Origin: Felis catus
Lineage: Eukaryota
Direction of reading: 5' to 3'
Assembly (NCBI RefSeq): GCF_018350175.1
Contig: NC_058368.1
Location: 124,932,001-124,996,000 of the forward strand
DNA length: 64,000 bases
Under the pieces are notes generated by a model. The model searched no databases and was not told the origin of the DNA. It saw only the letters and a program-made list of their open reading frames with translations. Position 1 is the first letter of the stretch. Every line of letters starts with the position of its first letter. A program made the translations under genes and the position numbers. This document shows, in pieces, positions 55,758-64,000 of the stretch.

Positions 55758-56488
55758 TAGTTTTAAAACTCAGACCTTTGTTGATAATTTCTAACGTGAG
55801 ATTATCTATGGGACTGTTTCCCCTGAGTAACTCAAATCACTAGAATTATTCTAAGCGAAAGGAACCTTTGGAATCATATAATCTGCCTTCCTTAGGCTGT
55901 GACTTTTCCATTCTTACTGCTGATTTTTTTTTTTTTTTCAGTCTGATAACTAATGGCAAACCAAGTATAAAATTCAGGTCTCTGATTACCTTTCTTGGTC
56001 TCCTGATTTCTACTGCCTCCCCAAAAGTTCCCATTCCTGGTTTTATTTAAAATAACTGGGATATTATGAACTTTTTTGAGAAAAAGCCTTTCAAATCTTT
56101 TGCAGTTTATTTTGTTTAAGAGCAGCTTTGGTTTCCTGATATGAAAGTCTTTGGCTAGTATTTGACAGTGTGTATTTTGAATTGGTCTATTTCAACAAAT
56201 TTTGTCTTAAAATGTAAGCTACACTAAAACTTTAATGTTGAGGGAAGGTTTTTGTTGGGATTCATTATATTAAAGATTTTCAACACTTAGTGACATTTCA
56301 CTAAATGTCTGCCTTTGTATCTCTTTATGCCTTCTTACTTTCATCTTCCCTTTGAGGATTTGGGATTTTATTTGTTTTACATGTCGATACCAGTGTGCCT
56401 TCGAATTGAGAGGGGAGAGTTCTCTGAACCTCTGACATACCCACTTCTTCTGTGATTGTCCTATTCGTAGTATTTTACTGAGATTTGA

Positions 56489-56740
<252 letters not shown>

Positions 56741-57404
56741 TAGCAAATTAGTTTGCGGTGTTATTCAGTATATGCTTACCACTTAGAAGTCCATGAGTCT
56801 AAAAATAAGGTTTTAATGGTATCCTTGATTTCAGACTCTTAATCCCTGCCTTTCTATCTTGGTCTTGACAAAATTTTAAAAGATGGGTTTTTGTAGATTT
56901 GCTTAAAAGCTATTTCTAACAAAGAATTTTGGGGTAATTTATACTACTTGTTTTGTAGTAAGCCCAAAGTGCACATAATTAGAAATCTTAACAACTGTTC
57001 TCTCTCTATTCAAAAGGGAGATGACACAGAAGCAGGACTTAGAAGTTTAAGTAAACATTACAATTCTGAATTAGGCTTCTTTTGTGTTCAGAACTCTTCG
57101 TGTTCATATGTAATGATAACTGGTTGTCCTTTGGCCCCATAGTTAACTTTTAAGTGCACTGGGGCTGCTTTGAAATTCTGTGATGTGATCCTTCTTCAGA
57201 ATCTCCCAGTTCTCCAAAATATTTTTTGTACCACACAGATTAAGTTTGTTGATGAAATAAATGAGACATCAGACTAGTCTGTGGAATTGCTGTTTGTACC
57301 ATTGTTCTGGTTTGAAATAAAAAAACTAGAATCCGTAACTACAGAATGTCTTTGTCTTTTTTTAATGGATCCTATTTCCAAATTAACTTTCTTTTTTATT
57401 TTAG

Positions 57405-57548
<144 letters not shown>

Positions 57549-57704
57549 TAAAAATTACTTCTTTCCACTAAAATTGGCAGGAGGAAAATTTTCATGGGTT
57601 CTCCTTAACTCTCAATCTAATGTCCAGGTAGATCTTCCTTGAAATAAATATGTATGTATGCATATGCAGGAATTCATATGGTGCGGTGAATGCTGGCAGC
57701 ATGT

Positions 57705-57805
57705 ACAATTGGTTCTCATTTTTCACAGTAGTTAGGCTCCATGAAGTCATTGTGAACAATGAGTTAGCAAATAATGAGTCATTGTTCCTAGGTGAAATAT
57801 GTGTA
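57705..57805. mobile_element. TcMar-Tigger-like terminal fragment, intron 19
   Basis: TA plus caattggttctcatttttcacagtagtt...gagttagcaaataatgagtcattgttcctagg. Confidence 0.4.
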
Positions 57806-58004
57806 TATCTCAGACTTTCAAGTGTAAAAATGTAAAGCTCTTCCTTCCTGTATATAATCCACAAATTTTTACAATCTGATTTACTTACTATTTTCTGTAT
57901 TTAAAAAATGTACACCCAAGTCAGGTGCCAAATCCTGTCTGTCCATTTCCATCAAAGAATAGAATAGTTGAGATTTTTAGCTTTTGATCCAGACATGTGC
58001 TAGG

Positions 58005-58160
58005 TAAAAGCTAGGGCTTTGCAGCCATACAGACCTGGTTTCAAACCCTGGTTCCATAAAGCCGTGTGACTAGGGAAATGATTTCTGTCTACCCTCTGTT
58101 TTCTTGGTTATAAAATAGGTATAATAACAGCACCTACTTCATGGGATTATTATGGGAACA
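58005..58160 (+). mobile_element. MIR fragment, intron 19
   Basis: cagacctggtttcaaaccctggttcc...tataaaataggtataataacagcacctacttcatgggattatt. Confidence 0.6.
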
Positions 58161-58657
58161 AACAAAATTACCTCTGGGTCTTAGTGAAGCCCTTAGCACA
58201 CAGCTGTCTGTGTGCACAGTGACTAGTATCAGTCCTGTGCACTGGCTCCCCAGCACCTCACACCTGCCATAACTTCTTCCAGCCCTTTTCACACTCCTAG
58301 AACTTCCTCATTCAGTGCAGGTGTGTTTCTAATGTACTGGCCAGGTTTGGTCTTGCTCACTTGGAATAGCTCGCTGTGCTGAATATTAGAAAATGCATGA
58401 TGAAGCAAAGATCACAAAAGCCATACTGGAGAATGAATATGAGTAAAGCATATAGTAAACTGAATACTCTTCCTGTCTGACCATTTTGATGCACTTAGTC
58501 TTGTTCATTTGAGACAGTAAGGAAAACCATAGATCGACCTGATCCGGATGTAGTCGATCAATCTAAAATCCTAAAATTTGAAGGTTCTTGAAGGAAGCCT
58601 CCCATCCAGCGGGTGAGTTTTTGCACAGATTGTCAGAAGGAAGCCCATCCACTGTAG

Positions 58658-58921
<264 letters not shown>

Positions 58922-61089
58922 CCATTTACACAAACTATAATGGGGACAGGATGCTCATCAAGAGAAAAAAACTTTTGTGGGGAACCACGTTGATAATCTG
59001 CTGGCCTTCATGCCAACGAACAGCTATGAACAAGACCAGTGGGAACCCTTACCTAAGTATGTGATTGACAAATCATGATCTGTACCTAAGCTTAGTATGC
59101 AAAAGTCCACAGTTTGTGCAGACACTGTAAACTGTGCCTTTCAAAGAACTGGCCATAGGTAAACAGAAAAGCAATGAAGTTTGCATGACTAATGAACAGC
59201 AGCATATATTGGGGTTTTTTGGAGCACTTTTTCAGCAATATTAGCAGCTGAGGGGCTCAGGATCTATTTTAATGTTTCAATTATTCTTCCATTTCATATC
59301 ATGATCACAGGCAGGGGGTTCTGCAATTCCGTTCAGTTTTTTGTCACTGGCTATAAATCAGTATCTGCCTCTTTTAGATCGGAATATGCTATAAGTAGCA
59401 GTAAATAAATATATTTTTAAAAGTTGATGACTTCTTTATGAACCACAGTTGACCTTTATTTTTTAAATGCCTGGGCAGTTGTGGTTCACTGTGCATTTTA
59501 CTGTTGGCCCATTCATTTCGTTTTTGGAAATTATGGTTCTATATTTTCATTTCACCTTCACTTTTGTTTAATATTCAGGGAAAGGTGATCTTTTCAAACC
59601 AGAAAAAAAAAATAGAACTAGATGTGAACTAGAGTTTATTAAATATCTTGCTATTGCAAGTGTTTTTTTAATACAGATTAATTTTGTTTTTTTAAATTGG
59701 AATATAATAAAATACTACCTTCATTGAGTCAGTCACTGCTCTTTTCATGCAGGTTAAATATAAATTCAGTGAAAATCAACTATTCTCTGTGATGCAGCTC
59801 ACAACCAAGATCAAGATTACCTTGAAATTTGAGTTCTTTTAATGTATTGGTTTCTTTTGTAGGAAACTTCACACCATTGAAGTCTTACTTTGTATGTAAT
59901 AATCCATCATTCGTCATCACCACTAATAATAACATGAAACTGCTATTTTCCTTCTACCATGCATCATCTCTTTCCACTAGGCCTGGCTGACCATTAACGA
60001 AAAATTAACTAATGACCCAACTATTAATAATAGCGTTTGTACAAAATAAATCTGCTTGGGACTTTGAAAATGTGTTCAGAAAGAAAAGTCAAATGGGTTC
60101 CACTTACTAATCCTTGAATTTTGCACAGTTATCTAATGGTTTTCATCTGAGTGGAATTCAGATACATGGAATCTAGAAGGAAAATGGCAGCTCTTTTATC
60201 CTTTTTTTGTGAGTCTTTTAAAATCAAGTACTGATTAAATATTTAATACAGCTTTTTGAGATGTTAAATTTTAACTCTTCAGACGCCAGTTGAATTGTTG
60301 CAGAATGAAACAGAATTGGTTATTCTCAAAGACTCAGGATAAACTAAATAAGCTATATAGAGTACATTTTAAATGTACAACACAAATTGGAAGTAAAATA
60401 AGTTACAAGTTAAGTTTACAGGGATATATTGCATATAATTTTTAAAAGACAGTTTTGGGTTTTTGTTTTTTTGTTTTTTTTGGTTTTTTTTCTATGTGAA
60501 TGTGTCTCTTAGTGAAATTTTACATTCCTTTGTTTTGGAAGATTGGCAATATTTGAAGAGTTAAAAATAGTACCGAAATGTGAAGTTTGGTAGCTCTACA
60601 TGTGTTGTACTTGACTTTCTTTTTTATTTTCTATCTTTTGTGTGTGACTACTTAGAATTTTCACAACTCTAATAAGATTGTTTCCAAGTTTCTCATGTGC
60701 AAGCTTTAACGGATGCACTCTTGCCATTTGATGTACTGGAAGATCACTGGTCAGATCAATACTGTGTCTGACAGAAATGTAAACTGTATAAACTGAGGAA
60801 CCTCAGCTAATCAGTATTACTTTGTAGATCACATGCCCACCACATTTCAAACTCAAACTGCCTCTAGATGTCCAAATCCATTGTTTGAGTTTGTTTGCAG
60901 TTCCCTCAGCTTGCTGGTAATTGTGGTGTTTTGTTTTTTGTTTTGTTTTCAATGCAAATGTGATATAATATTCTTATTTTCTTTGGATCAAAGCTGGACT
61001 GAAAATTGTATTGTGTAATTATTTTTGTGTTCTTAATGTTATTTGGTACTCAAGTTGTAAATAATGTCTACTGCTGTTTATTCCAGGTT

Positions 61090-61100
61090 CTACTACCTCA
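61090..61100 (+). promoter_or_regulatory. let-7 family 8mer site (extended), overlapping miR-196 7mer-m8
   Basis: CTACTACCTCA is complementary to let-7a nt 1-11; ACTACCT at 61092-61098. Confidence 0.7.
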
Positions 61101-61398
61101 GGTGTCCTATAGATTTTTCTTCTACCAAAGTTCACTTTCACAATGAAATTATATTTGCTGTGTGACTATGATTCCTAAGACTTCCAGGGCTTAAGGGCTA
61201 ACTTCTATTAGCACCTTACTATGTAAGCAAATGTTACAAAAAAAAAAAAAAAAAAAAAAAATCTCTGGGTTAAGAAAATTTGGCTTAAATGTATCCTTTG
61301 TTATTTTAAATATATCAAGATATTTTAATTAAAATTTTTACCCCATTGAACCAATTTTATAGTATTTGTACCTATTTTGGTGTTTTGTCTTTATAGTA

Positions 61399-61404
61399 AA
61401 TAAA
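61399..61404 (+). terminator. Distal polyadenylation signal AATAAA
   Basis: AATAAA, then CA about 11 nt downstream, then a GU/U-rich element (ggttggtaattttatttattttg). Confidence 0.8.
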
Positions 61405-61479
61405 AGTTTTTGAACAAAGGTTGGTAATTTTATTTATTTTGCCAGCTGCCCCATTATGTCTTTTATGGTTGAAGTATTC

Positions 61480-62210
61480 AAACCACCATCACATGTTCCT
61501 AGTAGTTGTCAAGACTCATTCAAATCCAGAACAAGGTGACTGTTTTATAGAGGTCCCTCCATTGGGAGTTTCATGCGTCTTCATGACTGGATTCAGAGTA
61601 TGCCTTTGTGACAGGAATATCACAGAGGTGATGCTATGCTCTTCTTAGTGTGTCTTACCAGGAGGCGCTTACGGAGTCAGTCTGTCCAGATGCTGGTGAC
61701 ATTAATTAATCATCTCAGTAGGCTTCACCAATATAAAGTTATCCTTTCCCTTTATAATTAATATGTAGCTTTATATTAAGTATCTTGCAGAGGTAATATT
61801 TTGAGCCTACATAGTTTGTTCTTCATTCACCATTAACTCTCTGCTCTTTGCTTTCTTGAATTCTGAATTATTACTCTGTTAGTTGCCAGATGGTGATTTT
61901 CTAGTTCCTGCATTCCTTCTGTATTTTATTAATGGGCATTTTGCTATAATGACTTATTATTTATAACAAAATGGATTTGCAGATTCTTATTCAGTCAGAG
62001 TAAATCCATTATTGTCATCATGTATTTGTTCAAATTGTCATCCTTAGCCACTGGGTGCCTCTGAAAGCTAGCTTCTCTGTCCACTGGCAAGCCACCATTC
62101 TTCTCTGAACACTTCCATACTTTCAGACCTATCTTGTGTGTCTTCCACTTCAGCCTGGAGATAAGCCATTTTCCAAAGATTTCTTTGATGGAAACTGGTA
62201 TTTAAAAACA
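61480..62210 (-). mobile_element. Old L1MC-like fragment downstream of the gene
   Basis: cttcatgactggattcagagtatgcctttgtgacaggaatatcacagaggtgatg, similar to 47270-48300. Confidence 0.55.
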
Positions 62211-62220
62211 GGATGGTACT

Positions 62221-62460
62221 CTCTCTCTCTCTTTCTGCCTCTCTCTCTCAAAATACACTTTATTTAAAAAGTGGGGGGTGCCTGGGTGGCTCAGTTGTTT
62301 AAGCGTCTGACTCTTGATTTTGGCTCAGGTCATGATCTTGCAGGTCATGAGTTCAAGCCCCATGTCGGGTTCTGCACTGGCAGTACAGAGCCAGCTTGGG
62401 AATCTCTCTCCCTCTCTCTCTCAAAATAAATGGATAAACTTTAAATAAATCAATAAATAA
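62221..62460 (+). mobile_element. Can-SINE tail fragment plus full Can-SINE
   Basis: (CT)n tail piece, head at about 62273; flanking taaaaacagg repeats. Confidence 0.8.
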
Positions 62461-62740
62461 AAACAGGGTCCCTCTTTACATATTTTTAACTCCTTTCCTG
62501 GACAGTAAAAACTCTGACTCCCATTTACCTCAATATATCTTGTTCAAGTCCTCCACCCATGTAACCAATCTCCAATCTTCCTAATCCCCTTCAGGCTGCC
62601 GTCTTTCCCTGGGGCCCAACCCCTGCTGGACTGCCTTTGTTCCAGCTTACCTATGGGCTTTAGTATATATGTTATATATATATATATATATATTTTTTTA
62701 AAGCTATCTTGCATGTATACATAAAAGTCACATATATTAT

Positions 62741-62743
<3 letters not shown>

Positions 62744-62775
<32 letters not shown>
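62744..62775. repeat. (GT)16 microsatellite; (TA)10 nearby at about 62673-62692
   Basis: Perfect dinucleotide run. Confidence 0.9.
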
Positions 62776-62778
<3 letters not shown>

Positions 62779-63590
62779 AGATTTCCAATATTCCTCCTGG
62801 CCCCATTTATTCACAGCCCCCCCCCCCCACTATCAACATCTAAGGGTTTTTTGACAAGAAGAGGAACTCTTTAAAAAAAATTTTTTTTAAATATATTTTA
62901 AGTGAAAATTCTAACTCTTTTTAACATAATCTACCTTATGTGGCTTTACAAGTTATGTACTTTCACATAAATACTACTACTGTTCCCAGGCAGCAAAGAT
63001 GAAACTTAATTGATTCTGTTAATTGATTCTGTTCACACAACTGTTTAAATCGTATGGTGTTTAAAAAAAAAAAAAAACAAAAACTGTCCTCTTACATTAA
63101 CCTGCTAAGAATGGGAATGAAGATTTACTCACCAGCTAGTATTTGTCAGTCACACCCTGGAACACAGTGATTATACTCCATTTCACAAATGCAGAAAGGG
63201 GGCAATTTCAATCATTCTGCAATTCAAGCTACACCAGCCAGTGAGCTCACGTGGCCTGCCCCACAGTTTTAGTCTTAGATTGTACCTGTGGTTATGTACT
63301 CATTTCCACTTTTATCCTTCATTTTTCTGCCAGTAGTCATTTCTCACAGGACCAAACTTATCAGAAACAAGATGAATCAACCCTGCAAAACAGGTAATGT
63401 CACTGAGTAAGTGTGGGTTCAGAGGGCATTTTGTGTCTACATCTGTTTTAAAGCTTCTGTATTATTTGAAAATGTGTGTCTTTTATATAGCCTCTAGATA
63501 TTACTGCTGAAGGGTACACTTGTGTCATTTTCAGAAAACATTACTTTTGAGAACAGGTTTTTGCCTCAGGAATTAAAATAAATTCTATTG

Positions 63591-63800
63591 TGGGGCGCCT
63601 GGGTGGCTCAGTCGGTTAAGCGTCCGACTTCAGCTCAGGTCATGATCTCACAGTCTGTGAGTTCGAGCCCCGCGTCGGGCTCTGTGCTGACAGCTCAAAG
63701 CCTAGAGCCAGCTTTGGATTCTGTGTCTTTCCTCTCTCTCTGCCCCTCCCATACTCATGCTCTCTCAAAAAATGAATAAATGTTAAAAAAAATTTTTTTT
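63591..63800 (+). mobile_element. Can-SINE (feliform type)
   Basis: TSD aattctattg; near-consensus head. Confidence 0.9.
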
Positions 63801-64000
63801 AATTCTATTGTTCTTTGATTCTATTTAAGTGATGTTAATAATTGTGTAAAAGGATGATACTGTCAGGTTAGAGATAATCTAGAAAAATGTTGGTGTATCA
63901 TGCTTACACAGAAAAGCCAATGAATGTATACATGAACTAATACAGTAATACACTTGTTACAGAATAAAATGCAGGAAATACTGAAGCCACTGGGGAAAAC

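Larger units (their letters stand above)
58922..61418 (+). other. MAP3K1: MAP3K1 3' UTR (~2.5 kb)
   Basis: AU-rich and free of recognisable interspersed repeats from the stop codon to just past AATAAA 61399; an old L1 begins shortly after. End approximate. Confidence 0.8.

Noticed and set aside
61420..64000. A downstream neighbouring gene
   Set aside because: Only old L1, SINEs and microsatellites are recognisable; no convincing exon.

Overview
Mammalian (carnivore, most likely felid/feliform judging by the Can-SINE and L1 subfamilies) genomic DNA containing most of MAP3K1 (MEKK1) on the + strand. It covers the last ~29.4 kb of intron 1 (exon 1 and the promoter lie upstream, outside the window), coding exons 2-20 (29453-58921; 4048 coding nt, frame intact, all introns GT-AG), a ~2.5 kb 3' UTR dense in miRNA seed sites with a distal AATAAA at 61399, and ~2.6 kb of downstream flank. 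Introns hold about 30 tRNA-derived Can-SINE copies, three relatively young L1 fragments, older L1M/L2/MIR pieces and hAT/TcMar DNA transposon relics. Apart from MAP3K1 exons, the ORF track is spurious or repeat-derived. I found no new gene or system. The most interesting unexplained structure is just upstream of exon 4: a candidate 45-nt poison exon ending in an AG|GTAAGT (recursive-splice-like) site, only 59 nt before an acceptor that lacks a polypyrimidine tract. Comparisons to human/mouse and repeat names come from memory, not database searches.
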